NCBI GenBank assembly: GCA_965140585.1
Contig: OZ223267.1
Span: 475,166 to 539,165 of the forward strand
Reading direction: 5' to 3'
Source of the DNA: Spirochaetia bacterium
GTDB taxonomy: Bacteria > Spirochaetota > Spirochaetia > UBA9216
DNA: 64,000 nucleotides
Shown piece by piece: positions 1 through 11,209 of the stretch. How positions within the stretch are numbered: position 1 is the first letter of the stretch; the number at the start of each line of letters is the position of its first letter. Under the pieces are notes generated by a model. It was not told the DNA's origin and did no database searches. It saw only the letters and a program-made list of their open reading frames with translations. Position numbers and translations under genes: made by a program.

Positions 1-1
1 A

Positions 2-193
2 CCGACAAATATAACCCAGAAAGATTATCATTATGTTAATAAGATGGGTATTGAGATTCTTGGTTTCAAGGTTGACTGTAATGTAGAAGAAACCTACGGT
101 TCATACTACATTTATTTTGATGACCTTAGAGCTACAACAGACCTTTTCAGTGAAAACAACAGAGATGTTGATGATATAGCTGATACATGGTAG
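2..193 (+). CDS. flaA: Flagellar filament outer-layer (sheath) protein FlaA, 3' end only (partial)
   Basis: Frame 2 reads ...KDYHYVNKMGIEILGFKVDCNVEETYGSYYIYFDDLRATTDLFSENNRDVDDIADTW*, matching the spirochaete FlaA C-terminus (YIYFDDLRAxTDLF...RDxDD..D.W); not in the ORF track. Confidence 0.8.
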   Translation, partial: PTNITQKDYHYVNKMGIEILGFKVDCNVEETYGSYYIYFDDLRATTDLFSENNRDVDDIADTW

Positions 194-221
194 ACCGGAG
201 ATTCATTTTATAGAGAGATAT

Positions 222-254
222 GGGACTGACTGAAATATGTCAGTCCTTTTTTTT
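222..254 (+). terminator. Rho-independent terminator after flaA
   Basis: GGACTGAC-tgaaatat-GTCAGTCC followed by T8. Confidence 0.8.
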
Positions 255-258
255 AATT

Positions 259-1479
259 ATGTGTAAAGTCACAAATATATATAAAATACTTTTTCTCGCT
301 GCTTTTTTTATATTTGGAACTCTTGTGTATGCAGATACTATTAGTTCTGAAGGTTATATATTCAGTTTCAGCAGTGCCAGTCGCCTGAAGATAACCGAAC
401 GTTCCAATATAAGAGTCACAGTTAACGGACAGTATCAGGGATTGACTTATAATGAATCAAGATGTGTTCTTGATTATATGTGGCATAAAGAAGGCAAGTC
501 TCAGTATGCCGGCAATTTCCTTGTATATCAGAATTCCATCCAGGATACAAGAACTATCTCAAATCTTATAGACCGGGATGAATATTGTGAGATCCAGATT
601 GATTCTGCCGGGCATTATTCTGTCGCTTATGATCAGACAGTCCCGGTTCTTCGAAGTTTTCCGGTTTTCAGCATAAATCCTGTCACCCCCGGTGATAAGT
701 GGAGAGATTTCGCCGAGAGAATTGTAGATCCATTGAATAACGGCAAGCTTACAGCAGTAATATTTTATTGTGAATACAGCTATGCAGGTATACAGAATAC
801 TTCACTTGGTGAAAAGCATATCATAAATGCGCAGTATGCCATGCGCTATAAAAAAGGTGATTCCAATCTTTCTGATGAGAATCTTAAGCAGATCTCAGGA
901 AGGCATCTGGTAACAATAATGATTGATACCAGAGACAGTTCTTCAATATTTATTCGTGATATGCTGGATGAACAGTATCAGTATACAGATGGAACCAGAC
1001 TTGAGCATTCTGGCTTTATTCTTACCTGGTACAATGATGTTGTAGGTATGGATAGAGAAGAAGTTGTTAGAAACGTTTCGGAGCTCATTGCAGAACATGA
1101 TTTAAAGGATGTAGAAGTTACTGAAAAACAGGAAGGAATATCAATAAGTCTTCAGGATATTCATTTTGTACCCGATTCACCAGAGATCCTGCCGGAAGAA
1201 ATAAACAGAATAAACAGGATAGCAGAAATTCTGCATGATATCGATCCGTCGAAGATTATGGTTGTCGGTCACACAGCTGACGTGGGTACAAAAGCAAGCC
1301 AATATGAGCTTTCAGAGAAGAGAGCTGAAACTGTAATTAATCTTCTTGTTGTAAATGGGTTTCCCCCAGCATTATTTGTATACAAGGGAGCTGGCGGTGA
1401 TGAACCTGTCGCCGATAACGGAACTGAAGAAGGCCGGGCAAAAAACAGAAGGGTTGAGTTTATAATTCTTGAAGATTAA
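259..1479 (+). CDS. OmpA/MotB-family peptidoglycan-binding exported protein
   Basis: Signal peptide; C-terminal IHFVPDS...VVGHTADVG...LSEKRA...NRRVEF. ATG 259 preferred because ATG 220 overlaps the terminator. Confidence 0.85.
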   Translation: MCKVTNIYKILFLAAFFIFGTLVYADTISSEGYIFSFSSASRLKITERSNIRVTVNGQYQGLTYNESRCVLDYMWHKEGKSQYAGNFLVYQNSIQDTRTISNLIDRDEYCEIQIDSAGHYSVAYDQTVPVLRSFPVFSINPVTPGDKWRDFAERIVDPLNNGKLTAVIFYCEYSYAGIQNTSLGEKHIINAQYAMRYKKGDSNLSDENLKQISGRHLVTIMIDTRDSSSIFIRDMLDEQYQYTDGTRLEHSGFILTWYNDVVGMDREEVVRNVSELIAEHDLKDVEVTEKQEGISISLQDIHFVPDSPEILPEEINRINRIAEILHDIDPSKIMVVGHTADVGTKASQYELSEKRAETVINLLVVNGFPPALFVYKGAGGDEPVADNGTEEGRAKNRRVEFIILED

Positions 1480-2284
1480 ACAGTTTTAAAAAATTCTTTC
1501 TTACAGAGAAAACCAGTTCTTCCAGCGGTATCTGACGAAGCTCAGCTATATAATCATACGTATAACCGATAAAACCAGGGTGATTGGGTTTTGATCTTAC
1601 TTTCTGCGGTGATAAAAATGGTGCATCGGTTTCTAAGAGAAGTTTTTCCAGGGGAACTGACCTTGCTGCATTCTGGATAATATCAGCATTTTTATAAGTA
1701 GCATTACCGGCAAAGGAAATATGGTAACCAAGCTCACAAAATTTAAGGGCAGTTTCGGCGCTGTAGGAATAACAGTGAATAATTCCCTTTCTTTCCGGAC
1801 TGTATGAGGCAAGCACAGAAAGGGTATCCTCTTCCGCATCCCTTGAATGAATTACTACAGGCAGTGAAAGCTCATCAGCCAGTTTCAGCTGTTTTTCAAG
1901 AAGTGATATTTGAAGTTCCCTTGTTCCCTGCATTCTGAAATAATCAAGTCCGATTTCACCCAGGGCTACAGCTTTTTTATCCTGAAGCAGTATTTCTTTA
2001 AGATATTCTATATCTGAGTCTATTTTGGAATTCTCACACTCCGAAGGATAATAGCCGTGAGCAGTGAAAAGCTGTGGAATTTTACCAGCTGTTTCGGCCC
2101 TTAATGCAAAGTTTGCACGATTTATTCCGATATCCAGTGCATAGGCAAGACCATTGCTGAAGCAGTAGTTAATGATTTCAGTCTCCTGCATGCCCCGGTT
2201 CTTCATATGGAAAAGATGAAAATGAGAGTCTATGCAGCCTTTGGATATATTATATTTTGAAGTGTCAACTGAGTATTGATTCAA
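1460..2284 (-). CDS. tatD: TatD family metal-dependent DNase/hydrolase
   Basis: IDSHFH, GEIGLDY, VIHSRDA, IIHCYS, LLETDAPFL motifs. Confidence 0.92.
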   Translation of the reverse strand: MNQYSVDTSKYNISKGCIDSHFHLFHMKNRGMQETEIINYCFSNGLAYALDIGINRANFALRAETAGKIPQLFTAHGYYPSECENSKIDSDIEYLKEILLQDKKAVALGEIGLDYFRMQGTRELQISLLEKQLKLADELSLPVVIHSRDAEEDTLSVLASYSPERKGIIHCYSYSAETALKFCELGYHISFAGNATYKNADIIQNAARSVPLEKLLLETDAPFLSPQKVRSKPNHPGFIGYTYDYIAELRQIPLEELVFSVRKNFLKLFNLQEL

Positions 2285-4196
2285 GGTTTTCCTCTTTCAG
2301 GAAGTCGGTAAACGTTCTGGCTATTTCAGGGTCATATTGTCTTCCGCTGTATTTTCTAATTTCATCAATAGCTTCATCAAAGCTTTTACCTTTTTTATAC
2401 GGTGTATCATGGGTCATCGAATCGAAACTGTCAAGAATTGAAAATATTCTCGATTCAATCGGAATATTTTTCTCTTTAAGACCGGACGGATATCCGCTTC
2501 CATCCCAGCATTCATGATGGTAAAGTATCAGTTCTGCTATTGATGAAAACTCCGGAATAGCTTTTACAATTCTGTAGCCGATAATACTATGTTGTTTAAT
2601 AGTGTTATACTCTTCATCAGTTAGCATACCGTCTTTGGTAAGAATTTTTGACGGTATTCTGATTTTTCCAATATCATGAAGCTTAGCAAGATTATTCAGT
2701 TTCTCAGCAGTCGTTGCCGAAAGATTTAATTTTTTAGAGAAAAGTTTATTAATAGTAATTAGGTTTGAAATGTGTCTGTGGGTTTCATATCCGCGGGTTT
2801 GAGCCGTCTCAATAATATCAGCAAAAAGCTGTTCAAGATGATTTCCCCGGTTTTGAAGTTTCATTTTGTACATCAGCTCATCGGCCTTATGTACGGCATC
2901 AATGAGAGACTCTTCCTGTGATGTTTTGGCAGCACAACCGATGGATACACTGGGCCTGGAAAAAATATCGTCATATACACTTTCGTTACAGGCTGTTATT
3001 ATATTTGATGCAAGTTTTTCAGCTCTGGAAAGGGTGCTTCCGGGAAGAAGTATCGCAAACTCATCACCTCCGGTTCTTGCTATTACATCGCTTTTCCGGC
3101 AGTTAGCTGATAGTATTTCGGAAACCTTTTTAAGAAGCTGATCGCCGAACGCGTGTCCGAAAGCGTCATTGGTCAGTTTAAGGCTGTTTACATCAACAAT
3201 CAGGACACTGGTGGGAATTGCGTTTCGGTTGAGTTCGAGCCTTTTAAGTTCCTCGTCGAAATAAGCCCGGTTATAGAGTCCGGTCAGTACATCATGAAAA
3301 CTTTTAAAATAGTAATCATTTTCCTTACTTTTTCTTGAACTTATATCCCTGATAATACAAGCATTCTCGTGAATACCTGATTTAACAACCTTGCATTCGA
3401 AATATTTATTTTCGCCTGTTGATGCATGATTGTATTCGAAAGTTCGGACTGAGCCTTCATTATGAAGTGTTCCTGTATTTTTGATTATAGTGCTGGCAAG
3501 ATGTTCAGGCATTATTTCAGTAAGATGCCTACCTTCCACAGCGTTTTCGCTCTGAAAGAGTTCGAATTCTGTTGATTCATGGTAATCTATAAAAAGGCCA
3601 TTATCATTGAAAACTACAAGCAGATCAGGAATGGCGTTTAGAAGCGCTTTTGAGCGTTTCTGGCTTCTTTCCAGCGCATTTTCCATCTCTTTTCTCATTG
3701 AGATGTCAAGCATTACTTCGATGACACCTTTAATTTTACCGTTTTCATCAAGAACGGGCTGAGAGGAGATCAGAAATGTTTCGCCTTTACTATTGGAAAT
3801 CTCTTCTTTCCAGGGCCAGCCTGTTTTAATTGTCCCTGTTACCGGACAACCTTCACATGGTTTATCGGTATTATGATATACCTGATAGCAGGGATTGCCT
3901 ATGATGTTTTCGATTTTTTTATTATCTGGAATTGCTTTCAGTCCGGCTTTATTAATCCATTTAATGTTATAGTCCAGATCAATATAGCAGACCCTTTCAA
4001 CCAGACTGTTTAGAATCTGTTCCTTTTCACGTTCAGATTCCTTCAATGATTCTTTAATGACATCATCAAGAAAGTTTTTTCTGCTGCCTTCAGCAATGTT
4101 TTCAAATTCAAGATTGCCGGCTTTAATTTTTTCTTTAAGCTCCGCGATTTCATTTTCAAGCAGTTCAATCTTTTTCTGTTGAGGATCCTTACTCAT
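2265..4196 (-). CDS. PAS-PAS-GGDEF-HD-GYP c-di-GMP signalling protein
   Basis: DVLTGLYNR, RTGGDEF, LHDIGK, HHECWDGSGYP; two PAS-like N-terminal segments. Confidence 0.9.
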   Translation of the reverse strand: MSKDPQQKKIELLENEIAELKEKIKAGNLEFENIAEGSRKNFLDDVIKESLKESEREKEQILNSLVERVCYIDLDYNIKWINKAGLKAIPDNKKIENIIGNPCYQVYHNTDKPCEGCPVTGTIKTGWPWKEEISNSKGETFLISSQPVLDENGKIKGVIEVMLDISMRKEMENALERSQKRSKALLNAIPDLLVVFNDNGLFIDYHESTEFELFQSENAVEGRHLTEIMPEHLASTIIKNTGTLHNEGSVRTFEYNHASTGENKYFECKVVKSGIHENACIIRDISSRKSKENDYYFKSFHDVLTGLYNRAYFDEELKRLELNRNAIPTSVLIVDVNSLKLTNDAFGHAFGDQLLKKVSEILSANCRKSDVIARTGGDEFAILLPGSTLSRAEKLASNIITACNESVYDDIFSRPSVSIGCAAKTSQEESLIDAVHKADELMYKMKLQNRGNHLEQLFADIIETAQTRGYETHRHISNLITINKLFSKKLNLSATTAEKLNNLAKLHDIGKIRIPSKILTKDGMLTDEEYNTIKQHSIIGYRIVKAIPEFSSIAELILYHHECWDGSGYPSGLKEKNIPIESRIFSILDSFDSMTHDTPYKKGKSFDEAIDEIRKYSGRQYDPEIARTFTDFLKEENLESILS

Positions 4197-4307
4197 TGAA
4201 TATAATTTAATATATAACCCAAAAAAATTCTATAATAAGATACATTCTGTTAAATTTATTGACAAATGAGCTTTTGCGCTTCACACTTTTATACAGGAGG
4301 ATGATTT

Positions 4308-5177
4308 ATGGAAAGAATTGTAAAATGCGGACATATTCAGGCCTCAAATGCTCTTGATACAGGCAGTGTCGCCGAAATCAAGGAAGCTATGATTGCTAAA
4401 CACATTCCATTAATTGAACAGGCCGGTAAGCAGGGGGTGCAGATTCTCTGTCTGCAGGAGATTTTCTGGGGACCATATTTCTGTGCTGAGCAGGATATCA
4501 AGTGGTATGCTACTGCAGAGACTGTTCCCGGACCTACTACTGAGAGACTTGCGGAGTATGCTAAAAAATATAAAATGGTCCTGATTCTACCGGTATATGA
4601 AAAGACTCTTGAAGGAGTTTATTATAATACAGCGGCTGTCATTGATGCAGATGGAAAGTTTCTGGGTAAATTCCAGAAGATTCATATTCCGCATACATGG
4701 CCCGGATTCTGGGAGAAATTTTATTTTAAACCGGGAAATGCAGGTTTTCCTGTTTTTGAGACAGCTTATGCTAAGATTGGAATCTTTATCTGTTATGACA
4801 GGCATTTCCCTGAATGTGCCAGAATTCTTGCACTGAACGGCGCAGAGATCCTGTTTAACCCGTCAGCTACTGTAAGCGGTAAGTCCCAGTACCTCTGGGA
4901 GCTTGAGCAGCCGGCTCAGGCTGTTGCTAATGGCGTCTTTATAGGTGCCAATAACCGCGTAGGCGTTGAAAAGCCTTGGGAAATTGGAAAATTCTACGGT
5001 TCAAGCTATTTTGTAGATCCCAGAGGAAAACTTCTAGTTAAAGGCAGTGAAGATAGTGATGAACTGGTCACTGCAGATCTTGATCTGGAGCAGATCCGTG
5101 AGGTTCGCGACGGCTGGCAGTTTTTTAGAGACCGCAGGCCGGAGACCTACTACGATATATGTGATTTTCTTCCCTGA
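4308..5177 (+). CDS. Nitrilase-superfamily C-N hydrolase, beta-ureidopropionase/N-carbamoylputrescine amidase-like
   Basis: Catalytic E-K-C triad in CLQEIF, KIHIP...FWEKFYFKPG and ICYDRHFPE; C-terminal FFRDRRPETY; RBS AGGAGG. Confidence 0.88.
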   Translation: MERIVKCGHIQASNALDTGSVAEIKEAMIAKHIPLIEQAGKQGVQILCLQEIFWGPYFCAEQDIKWYATAETVPGPTTERLAEYAKKYKMVLILPVYEKTLEGVYYNTAAVIDADGKFLGKFQKIHIPHTWPGFWEKFYFKPGNAGFPVFETAYAKIGIFICYDRHFPECARILALNGAEILFNPSATVSGKSQYLWELEQPAQAVANGVFIGANNRVGVEKPWEIGKFYGSSYFVDPRGKLLVKGSEDSDELVTADLDLEQIREVRDGWQFFRDRRPETYYDICDFLP

Positions 5178-5182
5178 GGCAA

Positions 5183-6439
5183 CTATTCATACCTCAGGGC
5201 TTCATGCGGGATAAGTTTGGCCGCTCTTGCCGCAGGATAAAACCCCGACAGCAGGCCGGTAATTATTGAAAGCATTACTGCTGTCACAGCAGTTACCGGA
5301 TTAATTATTACCGGCCAGGTGGCTGCTTTTCCTATGATTACAGAGGCCAGTGCTGCCATGCCAAGTCCGCCGAGGCCTCCGCCGCCGCAAAGAATCAGTG
5401 TTTCAATCAGAAACTGTAATCTGATATCAGCCTGTCTTGCTCCCAGTGCCTTTCTGATTCCAATTTCACGGGTTCTTTCTTTTACTGAAACCAACATAAT
5501 ATTCATAATTCCGATAGCTGCTACAAGAAGTGCTATTCCTGCAAGGACCGCCACGCCTGTTGTTATTGCAGATATTACGTTATTTATCATTTCAAGCTGC
5601 TCTTTCATTGAGGTTACTGCAAATTTATCAAAACGGCTTTCCCATTTTCCATGATTTTTTGCAAGTACACGTAAAATTTCTTTTCTTGCTTCCGGAATGT
5701 CTTCTATTGAAGTAGCTTTTGCCATTACATTCCAGTATTTTCCATCTCCTCCGAAGACTCTTTTAAACAGTGAGACCGGAACTACAAGGGCATTATTGAA
5801 GGTTTGATCAGGATCCGAAAGCGACATTGTTCCGGTTTTCTCTTTTTTGGCTAAGACTCCTACTATTTTGAGAGGTGTCCCCAGGGCATATATATATTCA
5901 CCGATAGGGTCTATCCCATGAAAGAATTCTTCCTTTATTGAGTATCCTATCATTACAACCTTTGCCTGGTATTTAACCTCATCATCAGTGATGACACGGC
6001 CAGAATGAAGGCTGAAATCTACATATTCAATATAGGCATCTGTTGTGCCTGTCACAGTAAGCTGTTTGACAATATCATTCACCTTTATCACAGACCGAAC
6101 CTGCTGAAGCGGTGCTATTGCCGTTACATGTTCTGCATACTTTTCAAGATCTTCTATGTCCCTGGCAGTTAAAGCTTCAGTTTTAAATGATCTGTTGAAG
6201 CTGTAGGTCTGCCAGTTTACACCGACAGACAGGGCTGTAGGTGTAAGACCTTCAAACTCGTTCATTACAATGCTTCTTCCTCCCGCACCTGCTGCAAGAA
6301 CTGTCACAACAGAAGCTATTCCTATTATTATTCCAAGCAGGGTGAGGAAAGAACGGGATTTATTTGATACTACAGCTGAGAAGGCTTCGTATAAAATTTC
6401 TTTGAAAGCCGCTTTATTATTAACTTTTTTTATTTTCAT
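5183..6439 (-). CDS. MacB/FtsX-type ABC transporter permease
   Basis: [52 protein letters not shown]. Confidence 0.92.
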   Translation of the reverse strand: MKIKKVNNKAAFKEILYEAFSAVVSNKSRSFLTLLGIIIGIASVVTVLAAGAGGRSIVMNEFEGLTPTALSVGVNWQTYSFNRSFKTEALTARDIEDLEKYAEHVTAIAPLQQVRSVIKVNDIVKQLTVTGTTDAYIEYVDFSLHSGRVITDDEVKYQAKVVMIGYSIKEEFFHGIDPIGEYIYALGTPLKIVGVLAKKEKTGTMSLSDPDQTFNNALVVPVSLFKRVFGGDGKYWNVMAKATSIEDIPEARKEILRVLAKNHGKWESRFDKFAVTSMKEQLEMINNVISAITTGVAVLAGIALLVAAIGIMNIMLVSVKERTREIGIRKALGARQADIRLQFLIETLILCGGGGLGGLGMAALASVIIGKAATWPVIINPVTAVTAVMLSIITGLLSGFYPAARAAKLIPHEALRYE

Positions 6440-6440
6440 A

Positions 6441-7655
6441 TCAGTACTCCGACCTCAGTGCCTCAACCGGCATCAGCCTGGAAGCCTTCCATGCAGGATA
6501 TATTCCGAAGATTATTCCGATAATACTCGAAATACCCAAGGCTCCGGCAACCATAACAGCGGGTAAGGCGAATTTCCATTCGAGAATTGAGCAGGCGATT
6601 GCAGAAAGACTGATGCCGAAGATAACACCGGTTCCTCCGCCGATAAGACAGAGTACAATGGCCTCAATAATGAACTGAATGATGATATCAGTTCTGGTTG
6701 CTCCGACGGCCATTCTTATACCTATTTCTCTGGTGCGTTCAGTAACAGCTACCAGCATTATATTCATTATTCCCAGACCGCCGACTACCAGCGATATTGA
6801 TGCAATGACGAGAATAAGTGTAGAAATGATATTGAGAATGTTATCAGCCATATCCACATAGCTGTCTAGCCTCTCTATTCGAAACCTCGGATTGCCGCGG
6901 AGATCTCCGTACTTTTTATCGAGATAGTTTGAAATCCTTTGTTCGGCAATGTTAACATCATCGATAGTTTTGAATTTCAACAGGTATACCCAGTATTTTA
7001 TATTGATTCCTCCCCATATTTTCGAAGAGATGAAGTTTTCCGGTACGAATATAGTATTGTCATCAGACCCGTCACTTAAAAAATTATTGTTAACTCTTTC
7101 TGTGATTCCGATAACTGTGTAATTTCGATTTCCGATTCTGACCTGCTTTCCAAGCGGAGGTTCGGAGTTGAAGAGTTTTGCTGCTATGTCCGGACGAAGA
7201 ATGCAGACCGGCCGTCTAAGTTCAAGATCCTGCTGAATAAAAAGTCTTCCCTCAGAGATTTTAATATCGAAGATATCGAAGTATCCCGGTGATGAACCGT
7301 AGACCATGGTTGTGTAGGTTTCTCCCCGGTATGAAGCCGTATACCTTTGGTCAAAAATAGACCCGGAATTCTCTAAACCTGGAAGTGCCTGCAGGAAATA
7401 ATTGATATCTTTGCGGTCAAGCAGGACTCTTCTTTCACTGTTTGCATATGACCTGGAATCGGGCTGAACCCAGAGCATCGTTGAACCGTAGCGTCCAATC
7501 TCATTTTCTATTGAATTCCGGAATGCAAGACCAACTACTGATATTGCAATGAGACAGCCGACTCCAAAATTAATTCCTAGAATTGTGAGAAATGATCTAA
7601 CTTTATTGCCGCCGATTACCCCAAGTGACTCACGCAGCCCTTCGGTAAATTTCAT
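6441..7655 (-). CDS. MacB/FtsX-type ABC transporter permease (second paralogue)
   Basis: [43 protein letters not shown]. Confidence 0.92.
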   Translation of the reverse strand: MKFTEGLRESLGVIGGNKVRSFLTILGINFGVGCLIAISVVGLAFRNSIENEIGRYGSTMLWVQPDSRSYANSERRVLLDRKDINYFLQALPGLENSGSIFDQRYTASYRGETYTTMVYGSSPGYFDIFDIKISEGRLFIQQDLELRRPVCILRPDIAAKLFNSEPPLGKQVRIGNRNYTVIGITERVNNNFLSDGSDDNTIFVPENFISSKIWGGINIKYWVYLLKFKTIDDVNIAEQRISNYLDKKYGDLRGNPRFRIERLDSYVDMADNILNIISTLILVIASISLVVGGLGIMNIMLVAVTERTREIGIRMAVGATRTDIIIQFIIEAIVLCLIGGGTGVIFGISLSAIACSILEWKFALPAVMVAGALGISSIIGIIFGIYPAWKASRLMPVEALRSEY

Positions 7656-8434
7656 GATTCACGGCTCCGGGAATGATTGTCGATAACATGGCTCAGTACG
7701 GAGTTGTCTGTGTCAGGCATGCTGTTCAGACTGGCTAAAGCATTGCTTGGATTCTTTATCGCTTCATCCGCCTGTATACTTCCGTCGCTTAGTCTGATTA
7801 TTCTATCGCCGTGCATTGCAATATCCATTTCATGGGTAACCATCACAATTGTTGCGCCCTCGGAATGAAGATTCTGAAACAGAGCCATAATTGATAATCC
7901 TGTTTTTGAGTCGAGATTTCCGGTGGGTTCATCGGCAAATATTATGTCCGGGCTGTTGACAAGAGCCCTGGCTATTGCAACCCGCTGTCTTTGACCGCCT
8001 GAAAGTTCATTTGGTTTATGCGATGCACGATCTGAAAGCCCGACGCGTTCCAGAGCTTCATCAGCCTTTGCTTTCCGTTCTGCCGCAGAGTAGCCGGAAT
8101 ATATCAGGGGAAGTTCAACATTTCTTCTTGCGGATATTCTTGGCAGCAGATTAAATGTCTGGAATACAAACCCGATTCTGCGGTTCCTGACTTCTGCTAG
8201 TTCATTGTCGCTTAGTTTTGAAACATTGCTGCCGTTAAGAAAATAGTCGCCGGAATTCGGCCGATCAAGGCAGCCTATAATATTCATAAGAGTGGATTTA
8301 CCTGAACCGGATGCTCCCATTATGCATACGAACTCATGCTCATTAATTGTGAGATTTATGTCTTTCAGGGCATGAACGCTCATCATTCCCATAGAATAGG
8401 TTTTTTCGATACTTTCAAGTTTTATAATTTCCAA
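7652..8434 (-). CDS. ABC transporter ATP-binding protein (LolD/MacB type)
   Basis: Walker [32 protein letters not shown]. Confidence 0.95.
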   Translation of the reverse strand: MEIIKLESIEKTYSMGMMSVHALKDINLTINEHEFVCIMGASGSGKSTLMNIIGCLDRPNSGDYFLNGSNVSKLSDNELAEVRNRRIGFVFQTFNLLPRISARRNVELPLIYSGYSAAERKAKADEALERVGLSDRASHKPNELSGGQRQRVAIARALVNSPDIIFADEPTGNLDSKTGLSIMALFQNLHSEGATIVMVTHEMDIAMHGDRIIRLSDGSIQADEAIKNPSNALASLNSMPDTDNSVLSHVIDNHSRSRES

Positions 8435-8437
8435 TTT

Positions 8438-9715
8438 CTAAACTCCGTCTTTTTTCTCCGCTGCAGCCTGCTTAACTTCCATATCCAGATAGTTCACTGC
8501 ATCGGCTCCGCTGATTATGATATCTCCGCTGTTTAGTCCTGAAATTATTTCAACTGTTTCTATATCAAGAATACCTGTTGTTACTTCTCTTTTTTCTACC
8601 TTATACACAGCAGAACCTTCATATTCTGCAACGAGGAGGGCTGCATAACTCTTTCCTTCATCCATAAAAAAGGCGTCAATTGGAATTGAAACTGCATTAT
8701 CCTTTTTTTCTACTGTAATAAAAATAGAGGCACTTGCACCTATTCTTGCAATATTATCCGGGTTTTCAAGAAGTTCGACTTCAACCTCACAGACTCTGGT
8801 GTTATCAATATTTTTTATAATAGGAGCAATACGGCTTACACGTCCTTTTATTTCACTTCCAATGAAGGAATCTGAGGTGACAGTCACTTCCTGACCGGTT
8901 CTGATGTAAGAAAGATCTACTTCATCTACCAGTGCTTTTACTACAAGGAGGTTGAGATCATGAATAACTGCGAACACAGAACCGGGTTCAACAACACTGC
9001 TGTCCTCAACCGCAAGCGTGGTGATCGTTCCGTCAATTTCAGCCTTTATTCGGTAATATTTAAGATTTTCGCTGATGTTCTGATAATCTATAGTTGCCTT
9101 TCGAACCTCGGGCGAATCATTCACTATTGCCTCATCACTTCTGAAATAGTTTTCCCTCATATCCGCAAGAGGTCTGCCTTCCCGAAAATTGACGCGCTGT
9201 CTGGCAGAATCAAGAGCCTGTTCGGCAACAAAGAGTTTTTCTTCGGCCATACGGAAAGCCTCATCACTGATTGAACCTATTTTATGCAGCTCTGAAGATC
9301 TATCATAATCACGCTTTGCCTGATCCCTCCCTGTTAATGCTGAAGAGTAGGATGAGCGCAGTGAAAGCAGTTCACCCCTGACAGACATCCTTGCATTTGC
9401 AAGAGTATTTTCAGAAATTACCAGATTATTCTCAAGGCTTTCCCGGTCCAGACTTAGTAGAATATCTTCAGCCTGAATATGGTCGCCTTCTTCAAAATAA
9501 ACCTTTTCAACTGCTGCGGTAACAGCTGAAAACAGCTGTTTATGATGTTTTGATGAGATTTCTCCATTAGCTGTTACTTCTCTGAGAAAATCTGCAGTTT
9601 CCACCACAGCAGTATGTACCTCTGGAAGCCTTGCACTGTTTTTCTTAATTATGCTTAGAGTTATTGTTGCAGCAAGAATAACTGATGCCGCAATTATTAT
9701 GATCTTTTTTTTCAT
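8438..9715 (-). CDS. Efflux periplasmic adaptor (MFP, MacA/YknX-like)
   Basis: N-terminal TM helix, lipoyl halves (VEKVYFEEGD; IKAEIDGTI), alpha-hairpin, VDEVD, EIISGL. Confidence 0.88.
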   Translation of the reverse strand: MKKKIIIIAASVILAATITLSIIKKNSARLPEVHTAVVETADFLREVTANGEISSKHHKQLFSAVTAAVEKVYFEEGDHIQAEDILLSLDRESLENNLVISENTLANARMSVRGELLSLRSSYSSALTGRDQAKRDYDRSSELHKIGSISDEAFRMAEEKLFVAEQALDSARQRVNFREGRPLADMRENYFRSDEAIVNDSPEVRKATIDYQNISENLKYYRIKAEIDGTITTLAVEDSSVVEPGSVFAVIHDLNLLVVKALVDEVDLSYIRTGQEVTVTSDSFIGSEIKGRVSRIAPIIKNIDNTRVCEVEVELLENPDNIARIGASASIFITVEKKDNAVSIPIDAFFMDEGKSYAALLVAEYEGSAVYKVEKREVTTGILDIETVEIISGLNSGDIIISGADAVNYLDMEVKQAAAEKKDGV

Positions 9716-11199
9716 TAGTTTTTCTCCATCTCAGGTGCCAGCATTTGAAGCAGATCAAGACCTGATATTTTATAAAGTTCCAGCACTGTCCTGATAATCT
9801 CAGCACGGTTGCTGAATACTGAAAGCTTCGCGTTCTCAAGGTTTATCTGAGTTTCAAACAATTCTTTTCTTGTGGCGGTGCCCAGACTGAATTCAGCCTC
9901 AGTTTTTTCAAGTTCAAACTCAGCTGTTTCCACCTGCAGAATATAAATTTCGTCAAGTCTTGTATTTACTCTGATACTGTCGGTAAGAGACTGAAATTCG
10001 GCTATAGTTGTTTTAATTTGTTCATCGAGCAGATATCCGGCCCTTTCGGCTTCAGATTCTGCAGCTTTTTGCCCAGTGCTGTTCCATTTCCGGATTGGAG
10101 GAGCGGACATGGAAAGTGTGAAACTCAGAGTATCTGCAGCATAGTCATTGTCTATGCCGCTATCTAATGAGTATTCCGCAGAAGCATTCAAATTGAAATG
10201 TCTGTCTTTTTTTTCTACAACAGTATTGGATTCTGCGGATGAAAAGGTAAGTCTTGCGATTCGGATATCCGGTGATGATTCATGCAGATTCTTCTCAAGC
10301 CCGTTAAGTTCAGAATCGTTTATTTCAAGCAGATTGATTTTTTCGAGAACCTTGTCTGATGCATCAATGCCGTAGAGGTTTAAAATCTGCTGCCTGATAA
10401 GATTCAGACTCCGTTCAGCCTTAAGCAGGTCTGTTTCGGACTGGAGCATCGCGGCTTTTGCAGAGTTAAGTTGAGATTTGGTCCAATAGCCGAGTTCAAA
10501 CTCTCTTTCAATTTTTCGGTACTCCTCTCTGTATCCTTCAAGTCTGCTTTTTATAAGTGTAACCTGGTAAGCGGTAATAGACTGATTCAGATAGTCGTTA
10601 GCCGCTTTGATGACAAGCAGATTCCGGTTATTGAGGTATCCGGCTTCAGATATCTTAAGACTGTTGGAAACGATTGTTTCTGATGCCTTATAGATATTAT
10701 CTGTTGTCAGCGGCTGGGCGAAACTAAGACCCAAATCAAGAGAGTTTATATATTCACCTTCTGATTGAGGGTAGGATGGATAGCTTGATTCTTCAATGCC
10801 GCTGTATGATAGAGAATCTGAAACAGAGCCGCTGATTGTTCCCGAGCTGGGCAGAAGCTGAGAGAAGCTGAGACTTGGGCCTGCATAATAAGAATAATTA
10901 TTTTTGATTTCTATGCCTTCCGCATAGCGGGTGTTAAAGTTGTCGCTTCCACCACCTGTCAGATTTAGATTCAGCTGCGGATAGACAGAAGATTTTGAGT
11001 TCTTGTATTCAAAATCAGATCGGTTTAAATATTCCTGATTAGCAGCATACGCCGGATGATTTTTAACCATAGCGTCCAGAAATGAAGAAAATCCGGATAT
11101 GCTTTCTGATATATCAGACTGATTCCGGAAGTCTCCGGTGTCTGAAAATACCGGTAGCGTAACAATAAATAACGATAGAAGAAATAGTAATTTTTTCAT
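9715..11199 (-). CDS. TolC-family outer membrane efflux protein
   Basis: Signal peptide, YPQLNL, two helical repeats (FELG...; FSLGTAT...ELFE); operon context. Confidence 0.8.
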   Translation of the reverse strand: MKKLLFLLSLFIVTLPVFSDTGDFRNQSDISESISGFSSFLDAMVKNHPAYAANQEYLNRSDFEYKNSKSSVYPQLNLNLTGGGSDNFNTRYAEGIEIKNNYSYYAGPSLSFSQLLPSSGTISGSVSDSLSYSGIEESSYPSYPQSEGEYINSLDLGLSFAQPLTTDNIYKASETIVSNSLKISEAGYLNNRNLLVIKAANDYLNQSITAYQVTLIKSRLEGYREEYRKIEREFELGYWTKSQLNSAKAAMLQSETDLLKAERSLNLIRQQILNLYGIDASDKVLEKINLLEINDSELNGLEKNLHESSPDIRIARLTFSSAESNTVVEKKDRHFNLNASAEYSLDSGIDNDYAADTLSFTLSMSAPPIRKWNSTGQKAAESEAERAGYLLDEQIKTTIAEFQSLTDSIRVNTRLDEIYILQVETAEFELEKTEAEFSLGTATRKELFETQINLENAKLSVFSNRAEIIRTVLELYKISGLDLLQMLAPEMEKN

Positions 11200-11209
11200 T
11201 GTTTACCTT

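Noticed and set aside
220-258. ORF-track N-terminal extensions (220, 12523, 22402, 27651, 29133, 47628, 51632, 54828)
   Set aside because: Downstream starts have better RBSs or avoid overlapping terminators, operators or upstream genes.
4308-5177. Reductive pyrimidine degradation cluster
   Set aside because: Only the amidohydrolase is present; no dihydropyrimidinase or dehydrogenase is adjacent, so the substrate is unresolved.
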